DNA of 64,000 bases from Roseovarius sp. GTDB lineage: Bacteria > Pseudomonadota > Alphaproteobacteria > Rhodobacterales > Rhodobacteraceae. Numbering within the stretch: position 1 is the first letter of the stretch; each line of letters begins with the position of its first letter. The notes beneath the pieces are model-generated. The model saw only the letters and a program-made list of their open reading frames with translations, was not told the origin of the DNA and searched no databases. A program made the position numbers and the translations under genes. Location of the stretch: NCBI GenBank assembly GCA_040220035.1, contig JAVJTX010000012.1, positions 2,078 through 66,077 on the forward strand, written 5' to 3'. Of the stretch, positions 50,001 to 59,668 are shown one piece after another.

Positions 50001-51194
50001 ATGAGCAGGGTCAGGGAACAGTACGAGGCGTTTCCTTATCCCGAGAGGGACCCGGAGGAGGAGCGGAAGAGGCTTATCACCGGCTCGCCCTCGCTGCCGC
50101 AGGAGATCGACCATTTCATATTCGGCGGGCAGCGGGATTGGTCGGAGCCTTTGCGGGTGCTGGTGGCCGGTGGGGGCACCGGGGACGGGCTGATCCAGTT
50201 GACCGCTTTGCTGACGCAGTATGGCAAGCCGTACGAGGCGGTGTATGTGGACCTGTCGGAGGCGTCGCGTCAAGTGGCGGAGGCACGGGCCGGGGTTCGG
50301 GGGCTGGAGAATATCCGGTTCGAGACCGGGAGCCTGCTGAACGCGGGGGAATACGGGCCATTTGATTACATTGATTGCTGCGGGGTGTTGCACCATCTGC
50401 CCGAGCCGGAGGCCGGGTTCGAGGCGTTGCGGGCTGCGCTGGCGCCGGGGGGCGGCATGGGCTTCATGGTTTATGCGCCCTATGGGCGGTCGGGGGTCTA
50501 TCCGTTGCAGGCGGCGTTCGGGACGCTTTATGGCGAGCTGCCGCCGGGGGAGCGGATCGCCAAGGCGCGGGAGGTGTATGAGCGGCTTCCGGAGGGGCAT
50601 CCGTTCAAGGCCAACCGGAACGTGAATGATCACAAGAGCGGGGATGCGGGGTTTTACGATCTGCTGCTGCACACGCAGGACAGGGCCTATGACGTGCCCG
50701 CGCTTCTCGATGTGCTGGAGCGGACGGGCTGGGCGTTGAGCGGGTTCACGGTGTCGGCGCTCTATGATCCGGGGCGTCTGGCGGAGGTGCCGGAGGGCTT
50801 GGGCGAGGCGGAGCGGATGGCGCTGGCGGAGCGGTTGCTGGGCACGATCCGGACGCATACGGGCTATGCCGTGCCGAAGGCCGGGGCGCGGGGGCCGGCA
50901 AGCGGCACGAACCGCAATCTGGTGCCGCAGATCAAGGGCGTGCAGGCGGCGCAGCTGGCGCGCGCCGTGGCGCAGGGGCAGAGCGTTACGCTGGGCTCGG
51001 ACGGGCTGTCGGAGGCGCTGGTGCTGCCCAAGGCGGCGGCGCCGCTGATCGGGGCAGTGGACGGGCGGCGGAGCCTGTCGGAAATCGCCAGCGCCTGCCG
51101 GGCCGATCCGATCGGCTTCGGGGCGATGTGGGGCAAGGTCGAGGCGAAGCTTATCCCGTGGGGAATGCTGCTTTATTCGTCGGTGCTGCGATAG
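50001..51194 (+). CDS. Class I SAM-dependent methyltransferase
   Basis: VREQYE.FPYP, VLVAGGGTG, FDYIDCCGVLHHL, YDLLLH. Confidence 0.88.
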   Translation: MSRVREQYEAFPYPERDPEEERKRLITGSPSLPQEIDHFIFGGQRDWSEPLRVLVAGGGTGDGLIQLTALLTQYGKPYEAVYVDLSEASRQVAEARAGVRGLENIRFETGSLLNAGEYGPFDYIDCCGVLHHLPEPEAGFEALRAALAPGGGMGFMVYAPYGRSGVYPLQAAFGTLYGELPPGERIAKAREVYERLPEGHPFKANRNVNDHKSGDAGFYDLLLHTQDRAYDVPALLDVLERTGWALSGFTVSALYDPGRLAEVPEGLGEAERMALAERLLGTIRTHTGYAVPKAGARGPASGTNRNLVPQIKGVQAAQLARAVAQGQSVTLGSDGLSEALVLPKAAAPLIGAVDGRRSLSEIASACRADPIGFGAMWGKVEAKLIPWGMLLYSSVLR

Positions 51195-51284
51195 GCGGGG
51201 GCGGTCACGCGCTCGTGCGTGGCCGTTTGTTGAACGGGCCATGGAACGGCCATAAGGCTGTGCGGGATAATTGAAGGAGAGCCG

Positions 51285-52919
51285 ATGACGGGCAGCAGGG
51301 CGCGCAAGGGATGGGTCGACGCGATCGTCTTTGACCTCGGCCGGCAGGTGCGGTGGTCGTTCCTGCCGCCGCTGATGGTATATTTCGCCTATGGGTTCAC
51401 CGGGCTGACGGCGATCGTCGGCACGTTCTTCGTGAAGGATTACCTCGACCTGTCGGCCGCGTATCTGGCCGGGCTGGCCTTTTGGGCGGGGCTGCCTTGG
51501 GCGCTGAAGATGCCGCTGGGGCATCTGGTGGATATCATCTGGAAGTGGAAATGGCTGCTGGTCTGGCTTGGGGCCGGGCTGTTGGCGGTGAGCGTCTTCA
51601 TCATGTACCTCGTGCTGACGGAACGCGAGATGATGGCGGCGGTCATGCCGCTGAGTTCGTGGTACGTGACGAGCTTCATTCTGGCGCCCTGTGGGGTGGT
51701 GCTGCAGGACGCGGTGGCCGATGCGATGTCGGTGGAGGCGGTGCCCAAGGTCGACGAGGCGGGCAACCCGATTTCCGACGAGGACGAGAAGGCGATGCAT
51801 GTGACGATGCAGACGCTGGGCCGCTTCGCGCTGATTTCCGGCACGGTCGTGGTGGCGGCGCTCAACATCTACATGTTCCGGGGTATAGAGGCCATGAGCC
51901 CGGCGGCGAAGGCGGAAATCTACGCCGATATCTACCTTGCCGCGCTGGCGATTCCGGTGATCTCGGTTTCGGGCGTGGTGCTGGCCGGGGTGCAGAAGGC
52001 GGTGAAGAGGCGGCGGCTGGAGCGGCAGGGGCTGGCGCGCGAGGAGGTCGAGGCCGCGTTTGCGCGACCGGACGAGGAGACCACGCCGAACATGTGGTAT
52101 TTCATCGGCGGTGGCGCCTTTGTGGCGCTGACGCTGGTGATCGGGCTGGGGCAGGTGCCTTATGGGCAGGAGATCATCTTTGCCGGGTCGCTGACGATCG
52201 TGATCCTGCTGATGCGGCAGTTGGTGGCGGTGCTGCCGGAGGCGCAGGCAAGGACGTTGATTGGCACGGCGGTGATCATCTTCGCCTTTCGCGCCGTGCC
52301 GCGGCCGGGGGATGGCGTGGCATGGTTCAATATCGACGTTCTGGGGTTCGATCAGCAGTTCCTGTCGGTGCTGTCGCTGATCACCTCGGTGCTGACACTG
52401 GTCGGAATGGTCGTGCTGCGCCCGCTGATGGCGCATCGGTCGATCGTCTATATCGTGGTGCTGCTGACGCTGGCGGCGGGGGTTCTGACCCTGCCGAATA
52501 TCGGGCTGTATTACGGGATACAGGACATAACCGCGCCGCTGACGGCCGGTATCGTGGATGCGCGGTTCATCGCCATCCTCGATACGGCGGTGGAATCGCC
52601 GCTGGGGCAGATCGCGATGATCCCGATGCTGGCATGGATCGCGAAGAATGCGCCGGGGGACCTGAAGGCCACGTTCTTTGCGGTGATGGCGTCGTTCACC
52701 AACCTTGCGCTGTCGGCGAGCAACCTGGGGACGAAATACCTCAATCAGGCCTATACGATCCGGCGGGAGGTGACCGACCCGGAGAGCGGGGCGGTAAAGA
52801 CACCGCAGGACTATTCGGAACTGGGCTGGCTGCTGATCACGGTGGCGGTGGTGACGGTGGTCGTGCCGCTTGTGGTGGTGGCGGTGATCCAGCGGAGCCG
52901 GATCAGGAGCGTGGATTAG
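51285..52919 (+). CDS. MFS-like membrane transporter (folate/biopterin BT1-like)
   Basis: LPWALKMPLG..VD, QDAVADAM.VE, AP....ATFFA..ASF.N; multiple TM segments. Confidence 0.72.
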   Translation: MTGSRARKGWVDAIVFDLGRQVRWSFLPPLMVYFAYGFTGLTAIVGTFFVKDYLDLSAAYLAGLAFWAGLPWALKMPLGHLVDIIWKWKWLLVWLGAGLLAVSVFIMYLVLTEREMMAAVMPLSSWYVTSFILAPCGVVLQDAVADAMSVEAVPKVDEAGNPISDEDEKAMHVTMQTLGRFALISGTVVVAALNIYMFRGIEAMSPAAKAEIYADIYLAALAIPVISVSGVVLAGVQKAVKRRRLERQGLAREEVEAAFARPDEETTPNMWYFIGGGAFVALTLVIGLGQVPYGQEIIFAGSLTIVILLMRQLVAVLPEAQARTLIGTAVIIFAFRAVPRPGDGVAWFNIDVLGFDQQFLSVLSLITSVLTLVGMVVLRPLMAHRSIVYIVVLLTLAAGVLTLPNIGLYYGIQDITAPLTAGIVDARFIAILDTAVESPLGQIAMIPMLAWIAKNAPGDLKATFFAVMASFTNLALSASNLGTKYLNQAYTIRREVTDPESGAVKTPQDYSELGWLLITVAVVTVVVPLVVVAVIQRSRIRSVD

Positions 52920-52958
52920 CGCTTGCGGAAGGGGCCGGGGTGTCAATACTCCGTGGGC

Positions 52959-53723
52959 ATGATGAGGATGTTCAGACGGTTTGTGGCACTCGCGCTGGCG
53001 GCGTTGCTGGCGGCGCCGGCGGCCGGCGACGAGATCACGGTCTTTGCGGCCGCGAGCCTGAAGACCGCGATGGACGAGGTCGCCGAAGGGTTCGAGGCGG
53101 CGGCCGGGCATGAGGTGACGGTGTCCTATGCCGGCTCGTCGGCGCTGGCGCGGCAGATCGAGCTGGGGGCACCGGCGGATGTGTTCCTGTCGGCCAATCC
53201 GGGCTGGATGGATCGGTTGGAGGAGGCCGGGAAGGTCGAGGCCGGGACGCGGATCGATTTGTTGGGCAACCGGATGGTGCTGATCGCGCATGGCCAGAGG
53301 GAGGCGGCGGAGGTCGGGCCGGGAATGGATTTGGGCGCGATGCTGGGCGAGGGGCGGCTGGCGATGGCGCTGGTGGATGCGGTGCCGGCGGGGATCTACG
53401 GCAAGGCGGCGCTGGAGAGCCTCGGGCAGTGGGAGCGCGTGGCGGATCGGGTGGTTCAGGCGGACAACGTGCGCGCGGCGCTGAAGCTGGTGGCGATCGG
53501 CGAGGCGCCGATGGGCGTGGTTTATGCCACCGATGCGGCCGCCGAAGAGGGGGTGAGCGTTCTGGGGGAATTCCCCGAGGACAGCCACCCGCCCATCGTT
53601 TATCCGGCGGCGGCGATGGCGGGCCGGGTCGGGCCGATGGTGGCGGAGTTTCTGGGCTATCTGCAAAGCGGCGCGGCGCGCGAGGTATTCGAGCGGCACG
53701 GGTTTTCCGTGCTGGCGGATTAG
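52959..53723 (+). CDS. modA: Molybdate ABC transporter substrate-binding protein
   Basis: VFAAASL, SS.LARQI..GAPADVFLSA, VPAG.Y, VYATDA. Confidence 0.95.
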   Translation: MMRMFRRFVALALAALLAAPAAGDEITVFAAASLKTAMDEVAEGFEAAAGHEVTVSYAGSSALARQIELGAPADVFLSANPGWMDRLEEAGKVEAGTRIDLLGNRMVLIAHGQREAAEVGPGMDLGAMLGEGRLAMALVDAVPAGIYGKAALESLGQWERVADRVVQADNVRAALKLVAIGEAPMGVVYATDAAAEEGVSVLGEFPEDSHPPIVYPAAAMAGRVGPMVAEFLGYLQSGAAREVFERHGFSVLAD

Positions 53724-53728
53724 CCGGA

Positions 53729-54421
53729 ATGAGCTGGCTTGGCCCCGAGGAGTGGCAGGCGGTGGCGCTGTCGCTGAAAGTGTCGTTCTGGGCGACGCTG
53801 GTGGGCTTGCCGATCGGGATTTTCACGGCCTATGCGCTGGCAAGGTGGCGGTTTCCGGGCAAGCAGGTGGTCAACGGGCTGGTGCATCTGCCGCTGATCC
53901 TGCCGCCGGTTGTCACCGGGTATTTGCTGTTGCTGACGTTTGGCACAACGGGGCCGGTGGGCGGTTTGCTGGAAAAGGTGGGGATCGTCTTTGCGTTCCG
54001 CTGGACCGGGGCGGCGCTGGCGGCGGGGGTTATGGCGTTTCCGTTGATGGTGCGGGCGATAAGGCTGTCGATCGAGGCGGTGGACCCGAAGCTTGAGGAG
54101 GCGGCGGCGACGCTTGGCGCCTCGCGGATCTGGGTGTTCGTGACGGTGACGTTGCCCTTGATTTTGCCCGGTGTGCTGGCCGGGGCGATACTGGCATTCG
54201 CCAAGGCGATGGGGGAGTTCGGGGCGACGATAACCTTTGTGTCCAACATTCCGGGGCAGACGCAGACGTTGCCTTCGGCGGTCTATGCGTTCTTGCAGGT
54301 GCCCGGTGGCGAGGGGCCGGCGATGCGGCTGGTGATCGTGTCGGTGGTGATCGCGATGGGGGCGTTGCTGCTGTCTGAAGTGGTGGCACGGCGCGCGGCG
54401 ACGCGGGTGGCGGGCGGATGA
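53729..54421 (+). CDS. modB: Molybdate ABC transporter permease
   Basis: LPLILPPVVTGY, FPLMVR, LEEAA.TLGA, GEFGAT. Confidence 0.95.
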   Translation: MSWLGPEEWQAVALSLKVSFWATLVGLPIGIFTAYALARWRFPGKQVVNGLVHLPLILPPVVTGYLLLLTFGTTGPVGGLLEKVGIVFAFRWTGAALAAGVMAFPLMVRAIRLSIEAVDPKLEEAAATLGASRIWVFVTVTLPLILPGVLAGAILAFAKAMGEFGATITFVSNIPGQTQTLPSAVYAFLQVPGGEGPAMRLVIVSVVIAMGALLLSEVVARRAATRVAGG

Positions 54422-55500
54422 CACTGGAGGTGGATATCGGGCACGCGCTGGGCGGGTTCCGCCTCAACGTGGCGTTCGAGGCGCCGCCGGGGGTGACGGT
54501 GCTGTTCGGGCGGTCGGGGTCGGGGAAGACCTCGGTCGTGAACGCAGTGGCGGGGCTGTTGCGGCCGGACCGGGGGCGGGTGTCTGTGGATGGCGAGGTG
54601 CTGTTCGACACAGGGAGTGGCCGGTGGCTGCCGCCGCATCGGCGCAGGCTGGGGTATATCTTTCAGGAAGGGCGGCTGTTTCCGCATATGACGGTGCGGC
54701 AGAACCTCTCCTATGGCCGGTGGTTTGCGGGGGACGGGGCGAGCGAGAGCATGGAGCATGTCATCGACATGCTGGGGATCGGGCATCTGCTGTCGCGGCG
54801 ACCCGGCGGGCTTTCGGGCGGTGAGAAGCAGCGGGTGGCGATTGGGCGGGCGCTGTTGGCCGGGCCGCGGCTGTTGCTCGCGGATGAGCCTTTGGCGGCG
54901 CTGGACGAAGGGCGGAAGGGGGAGATCCTGCCCTATTTCGAGCGGCTGCGCGACGAGGTGTCGGTGCCGATCCTTTACGTGAGCCATTCGGCGGCGGAGG
55001 TGGCACGGCTGGCGACCACGGTGGTGGTGTTGCAGGACGGGCAGGTTGTCAGGCAGGGGCCGGCGGGCGAGGTGTTGAGCGATCCGGAGGTGATGCCGAC
55101 GGGGGTGCGGGGCGCGGGGGCGCTGTTGGTGGCGAGGGTGGCGCGGCATCACGAGGACGGGTTGACGGAGTTGGAGGCGGGGGGTGCGGCGCTGTTCCTG
55201 CCGCAGGTGGCGCAGGAGGTGGGCCGCGAGGTGCGGGTCAGGGTGGCGGCGCATGACGTGATACTGGCGCGGGAGAAGCCCGAGGGGCTTTCGGCGCTGA
55301 ATCTGTTGCCGGGGGTGGTGTCGGCGATCCGGGCCGGGGAAGGGCCGGGGATGCTGGTGTCGCTGGAAACGCCGGCGGGCACGGTTCTGGCCCGGGTGAC
55401 GCGGCGGTCGGCGCAAGCGCTGGGGATCGAGCCCGGCGCGGCCTGTCATGCCGTCATCAAGACGGTGGCGATCGCGCCGGAGGATGTGGGCGGGCTTTGA
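54418..55500 (+). CDS. modC: Molybdate ABC transporter ATP-binding protein
   Basis: GRSGSGKT, LSGGEKQRVAIGRALL, DEPL, C-terminal TOBE domain. Confidence 0.95.
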   Translation: MTLEVDIGHALGGFRLNVAFEAPPGVTVLFGRSGSGKTSVVNAVAGLLRPDRGRVSVDGEVLFDTGSGRWLPPHRRRLGYIFQEGRLFPHMTVRQNLSYGRWFAGDGASESMEHVIDMLGIGHLLSRRPGGLSGGEKQRVAIGRALLAGPRLLLADEPLAALDEGRKGEILPYFERLRDEVSVPILYVSHSAAEVARLATTVVVLQDGQVVRQGPAGEVLSDPEVMPTGVRGAGALLVARVARHHEDGLTELEAGGAALFLPQVAQEVGREVRVRVAAHDVILAREKPEGLSALNLLPGVVSAIRAGEGPGMLVSLETPAGTVLARVTRRSAQALGIEPGAACHAVIKTVAIAPEDVGGL

Positions 55501-55713
55501 CCGCCACGGCCCGGTGTCGCACAGAATTGTTGACGTGTGCCGTCGCGATGGCCGACAGTGGCCGAACCGAGACCGCCGAAACAGGCGCCGGCCAAGTGGT
55601 CAGGCCGTGACCGGCGGGACGGGCAGATTGCAGGCAAGATGGGTCGCGGCGGCGATGGCCGCCTCTCCTGTGTTCGGGCAGCGGAACGCTGGTTAGAAAC
55701 AGGGAGGAACATC

Positions 55714-57624
55714 ATGCGGGTCTTTACGGTTCTCGGACCATCGCAATCCGGTAAATCGACATTGGTGGAAGGGCTGATCGGGCTGGAGGAGCAGCGCGCG
55801 CAGGTGCTGGACATTCCCGGTGTGGCCAAGGTGAGCCAGTTCGGTTTCATGGGCGATGACTGGACGGCGGTAGATATCGCCGGTGGCGCGGAAAACCTGT
55901 CGACGGCCGGGCCGGCGTTGGCGGGGAGCGATGCGGCGGTGCTCTGCGTCGGGGCTGATCCCGAGGCCGCGGTGCTGGCGGCCCCCTATTTCCGGGTGAT
56001 CGAAGAAGCAGGGGTTCCCTGCTTTCTTTTTGTGAACCGGGTGGATGCGGCGGCGGGCCGGATGAGCGAGGTGATCGCGGCGTTGCAGGTGTACTGCCGG
56101 CACGGGATCGCGCTCAGGCAGGTGCCTATTCGGGAGGATGGGCAGATCGTGGGGGCGGTTGACCTGATTTCCGAGCGGGCGTGGCAGTATCAGGAGGGTC
56201 AGCCCTCGGCGCTGGTGGAGATCCCCGACAGCGTGGCGACCCGGGAGCAGGAGGCGCGGGAGCATCTGCTGGAGGCGCTGGCGGATTTCGATGACGGGCT
56301 GATGGAGCAGCTGATCGAGGATAAGCAACCGCTGGCCGGGGATGTCTATGAGACCGCGACCAGCGTGTTGCAGCATCACGATCTGGTGCCGGCACTGATG
56401 GGCTCGGCAGAGCATCGCAACGGGATGCTGCGGTTGATGAAGTCGCTGCGGCACGAGGCACCGGGGGTTGAGGTGGCGCGTGAGCGGTTATCTGAGACGG
56501 GCAAGCCGGTGGCGGTTGGGTTGCTGGCGGATCACGTCAAGCATCTTGGCAAGACGGTGATGATCCGGGCGCTGGGCGATGGTGTGGGCAATGGCAAGCC
56601 GCTGGGCGGCAAGGCGGTCGGGAGCATCACCGGGCTCGATGCCAAGTCGCCCTTGCCGGAGCTTGCGCCGGGGGATGTGGGACTGACGATGAAGTCGGAC
56701 CACCTGAAGGCCGGCGAGGTTTACGGGGCCGATGCGGCGCATCCGCTGCCGGACTGGGCAAGGGCGCATGAGCCGGGATACCGGCGATTGATCGAGCCGG
56801 CGCATGAGCGGGATGAGGCGCGGTTGTCATCGGCGCTGGAGCGGCTGGCGGAGATCGATACCGGGCTGCGCGTGGTGCAGGATGCGCAGTCGGGGCATGC
56901 GGTGCTCTGCGGGCAGGGGCCGCAGCATTTCCGGCGGTTGACCGCGAAGCTGTCGGACGGGTTCGGGATCGAGGTGACGGAGCATCACGTGCCGCCCGCC
57001 TATCGCGAGACGATCCGCAAGCCGGTGTCGTGCCATCACCGGCATCGCAAACAGTCTGGCGGGGCGGGGCAGTTCGCCGATGTGGTGATTGACGTGAAGC
57101 CTTTGGCGCGGGGGGCGGGCATCGCCTTTGATGACGTGGTCAAGGGCGGGGCGGTGCCGCGCAACTATATCCCCGCCGTCGAGGCCGGGGTGCGTGATGC
57201 GCTGGGCGAGGGGCCGAACGGGTATCCGGTGGTCGATGTGAGCGTGACGCTGAAGGACGGCAAGCATCATGCGGTGGACAGTTCCGACTTTGCCTTTCGC
57301 ACCGCGGGCAAGAACGCGATGAAGGAGGCGATGGCGGAAAGCGGGGCGACAGTGCTTGAGCCGATTGCGCAGGTGCTGATCCATGTGCCCTCGGTCTTTG
57401 CCGGGGGGCTGGTGCCGACGATCTCGGGCATGAAGGGGCAGGTGATGGGGTTCGAGGGCCACCCCACCGCCGCCGGATGGGACGTGTTCCGCGCGATGCT
57501 GCCGATGACGGCGCTGGACGAGCTGACGCATACGCTGGCCAGCGCGGCGAGGGGGACGGCGTGGTTTACCGCCGGGTTCGACCACTACACCGAGGTGCGG
57601 ACGGAGGAGCTGGCGAAGGCGTGA
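55714..57624 (+). CDS. Divergent elongation factor G paralogue (EF-G2-like)
   Basis: EF-G domain IV/V motifs (YRETI, HRKQSGGAGQF, H.VDSSD.AF, LEPI) with degenerate G-domain motifs; GGAGG RBS before the ATG at 55714. Confidence 0.87.
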   Translation: MRVFTVLGPSQSGKSTLVEGLIGLEEQRAQVLDIPGVAKVSQFGFMGDDWTAVDIAGGAENLSTAGPALAGSDAAVLCVGADPEAAVLAAPYFRVIEEAGVPCFLFVNRVDAAAGRMSEVIAALQVYCRHGIALRQVPIREDGQIVGAVDLISERAWQYQEGQPSALVEIPDSVATREQEAREHLLEALADFDDGLMEQLIEDKQPLAGDVYETATSVLQHHDLVPALMGSAEHRNGMLRLMKSLRHEAPGVEVARERLSETGKPVAVGLLADHVKHLGKTVMIRALGDGVGNGKPLGGKAVGSITGLDAKSPLPELAPGDVGLTMKSDHLKAGEVYGADAAHPLPDWARAHEPGYRRLIEPAHERDEARLSSALERLAEIDTGLRVVQDAQSGHAVLCGQGPQHFRRLTAKLSDGFGIEVTEHHVPPAYRETIRKPVSCHHRHRKQSGGAGQFADVVIDVKPLARGAGIAFDDVVKGGAVPRNYIPAVEAGVRDALGEGPNGYPVVDVSVTLKDGKHHAVDSSDFAFRTAGKNAMKEAMAESGATVLEPIAQVLIHVPSVFAGGLVPTISGMKGQVMGFEGHPTAAGWDVFRAMLPMTALDELTHTLASAARGTAWFTAGFDHYTEVRTEELAKA

Positions 57625-57627
57625 GGA

Positions 57628-58350
57628 TCAGGTCTTGAGGGCCGCCAGCGCCTGTTGCAGGTCGAGCGCGCCGTCATAGAGGGCGCGGCCGGAGATGGCG
57701 CCGTTGAGCGGCGCGCCGCAGTCGCGCAAGGCCAGCAGGTCGTCGAGGCTGGAGACGCCGCCGGAGGCGATGACGGGGATCGAGACGGCGCGGGCCAGCG
57801 CGGCGGTGGCCTCGATATTGGGGCCCTGCATGGCGCCGTCGCGGTTGATGTCGGTGTAGATGATCGCCGCGACGCCGGCGTCTTCGAAGGAGCGGGCGAG
57901 GTCGGTGACCTGCACGTCGGTTTCCTCGGCCCAGCCACGGGTGGCGACGAGGCCGTTTCTTGCGTCGATGCCGACAGCGACCTGTCCGGGGAAGGCACCG
58001 GCCGCTTCGCGCACCAGCGCGGGGTTCTCGACGGCCACGGTGCCGAGGATAACGCGGTGCAGGCCCTTTTTCAGCCAGCGTTCGATGGTGGCCATGTCGC
58101 GGATGCCGCCGCCGAGCTGGGTGGGCACGTTCACGCGCTCGATGATGGCCTCGACGGCGGAGGCGTTGACCGGCTCGCCCGCGAAGGCGCCATTGAGGTC
58201 GACGAGGTGGAGCCACTCGCAGCCCGCCTCGACGAATTTGGCGGCCTGGCTGGCGGGGTCGTCGTTGAAGACGGTGGCCTTGTCCATCTCGCCTTTGAGA
58301 AGACGCACGGCCTGTCCGTCCTTGAGGTCGATCGCGGGGTAGAGGATCAT
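57628..58350 (-). CDS. hisA: ProFAR isomerase HisA
   Basis: [45 protein letters not shown]. Confidence 0.96.
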   Translation of the reverse strand: MILYPAIDLKDGQAVRLLKGEMDKATVFNDDPASQAAKFVEAGCEWLHLVDLNGAFAGEPVNASAVEAIIERVNVPTQLGGGIRDMATIERWLKKGLHRVILGTVAVENPALVREAAGAFPGQVAVGIDARNGLVATRGWAEETDVQVTDLARSFEDAGVAAIIYTDINRDGAMQGPNIEATAALARAVSIPVIASGGVSSLDDLLALRDCGAPLNGAISGRALYDGALDLQQALAALKT

Positions 58351-58484
58351 GTTCGGTCGCTTTCCTGAGTGTCGCGTGGGCTTTGGCATGACGCTGCGAA
58401 AAATGCAACGCGACCCAACGTCAGACTTGATCGGCTGCGGGGGCGGGCGGCAGGCTGTGGGCAGTTTTCAAGGGAGGAGTACCT

Positions 58485-58877
58485 ATGAGAAAACTCGGAA
58501 TGATGATCGGCGCGCTGGCGCTGAGTGCGGGGGCGGCGGTTGCCGACCCGGCAGAAGGCACGTGGAAGACCGAGCCGGGCGACAGCGGCGGCTATTTGCA
58601 TGTCAACGTCTACAGCTGCGGCGAGGCGCTTTGCGGCGTCATCCGCAAGGCGTTCAACGCGCAAGGCAAGGTAAACGAAAGCTACGAGCATACCAACAAG
58701 CGGATGCTGTGGGACATGCAGCCGGAAGGCGGCGGCCAGTATGGCGACGGCAAGATCTGGGCGCCGGACCGGGGCAAGACCTACAATTCCAAGATGAGCC
58801 TGAACGGGAACACGCTGACGGTCGAAGGCTGTGTGGCGGTGTTCTGTCGCGGGCAGAGCTGGACGCGGGTTCAGTGA
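58485..58877 (+). CDS. DUF2147 domain secreted protein
   Basis: Signal peptide; G.WKT, CG..LCG.I, GKIW.P..GKTY, L.V.GC, W.R. Confidence 0.87.
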   Translation: MRKLGMMIGALALSAGAAVADPAEGTWKTEPGDSGGYLHVNVYSCGEALCGVIRKAFNAQGKVNESYEHTNKRMLWDMQPEGGGQYGDGKIWAPDRGKTYNSKMSLNGNTLTVEGCVAVFCRGQSWTRVQ

Positions 58878-58891
58878 TCTGAAACGGGTGA

Positions 58892-58955
58892 GGGGGCGCT
58901 GCCCCCGCCGCCGCAAGCGGCGCCTCCCCCGGGATATTTTGACCAAGAAGAAGCC
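58892..58955 (+). repeat. REP-like dispersed intergenic repeat, copy 3
   Basis: GGGGGCgctGCCCCC and CCGC-aa-GCGG hairpins followed by CCCCGGGATATTTtgaccaAGAAGAAGCC. Confidence 0.75.
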
Positions 58956-58971
58956 GGGGCGGTGTGTCCCG

Positions 58972-59007
58972 CCTTTCATCTTTCCCCAAATACTCCCGCC
59001 GGAGGCA
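58972..59007 (-). repeat. REP-like dispersed intergenic repeat, copy 4 (inverted relative to copy 3)
   Basis: Reverse complement TGCCTCCGGCGGGAGTATTTggggaaAGATGAAAGG aligns without gaps to copy 1. Confidence 0.7.
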
Positions 59008-59025
59008 TGAAAGTTCTTTTGGGGC

Positions 59026-59664
59026 TCAGGGGGCCCAGCGAAGGAAGTTCGCGATCATGCGCAGGCCGGTGGACTGGCTTTTTTCCGGGTGGAACTGGGT
59101 GCCGACGATGTTGTCGCGGCCAACCACTGCCGTGACCTTGCCGGCATAGTCGCAATGGGCGAGGCGGTGGGCGGGGTCGGTGACCTCGAACTGGTAGGAG
59201 TGGACGAAATTGGCGTGGTGGCCGGTTTCAACGCCCTCGAAGATGGGGTGGGGGTGGTCGAGAACGAGATCGTTCCAGCCCATATGGGGGATCTTGAGCG
59301 ACGGGTCGGCGGGCGCGATGGGGGCGACAGTGCCGGGGATCCAGTCGAAGCCTTCGGTTTCGGTGTATTCCAGCCCGCGCGTGGCCATCATCTGCATGCC
59401 GATGCAGATGCCCATGAAGGGGCGGCCGCCGGTGATGACGGCTTCTTCGATGGCCTCGAACAGGCCGCGGTGATCGTAGAGTTCCTTTTGGCAGGCCGGG
59501 AAGGCGCCGTCGCCCGGCAGGACCACGCGGGCGGCGGCGCGCACGGTGTCGGGGTCGGAGGTGACCTCGACCGCGCCCGCGCCGGTTTCGGCGGCCATGC
59601 GCTGGAACGCCTTTTGTGCGGAATGCAGGTTGCCGCTTTCGTAATCGACGATGACGGTGGTCAT
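59026..59664 (-). CDS. hisH: Imidazole glycerol phosphate synthase subunit HisH
   Basis: DY.SGNL.S, LPGDGAF, GICIGMQ, PHMGWN, FVHSY, QFHPEKS. Confidence 0.96.
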   Translation of the reverse strand: MTTVIVDYESGNLHSAQKAFQRMAAETGAGAVEVTSDPDTVRAAARVVLPGDGAFPACQKELYDHRGLFEAIEEAVITGGRPFMGICIGMQMMATRGLEYTETEGFDWIPGTVAPIAPADPSLKIPHMGWNDLVLDHPHPIFEGVETGHHANFVHSYQFEVTDPAHRLAHCDYAGKVTAVVGRDNIVGTQFHPEKSQSTGLRMIANFLRWAP

Positions 59665-59668
59665 GGGG

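Noticed and set aside
49692-53699. 1335-aa minus-strand ORF, and similar long antisense ORFs (34872-37028, 27071-28675, 48055-49449)
   Set aside because: They overlap well-supported genes on the opposite strand, are Arg/His/Pro-rich and lack motifs; typical high-GC shadow frames. Only 49797-49892 looks like a real remnant.
59200-59220. HisH reads HANFVHSY instead of the usual xYFVHSY
   Set aside because: A single substitution with the catalytic Cys and His-Pro-Glu intact; not enough to claim altered function.
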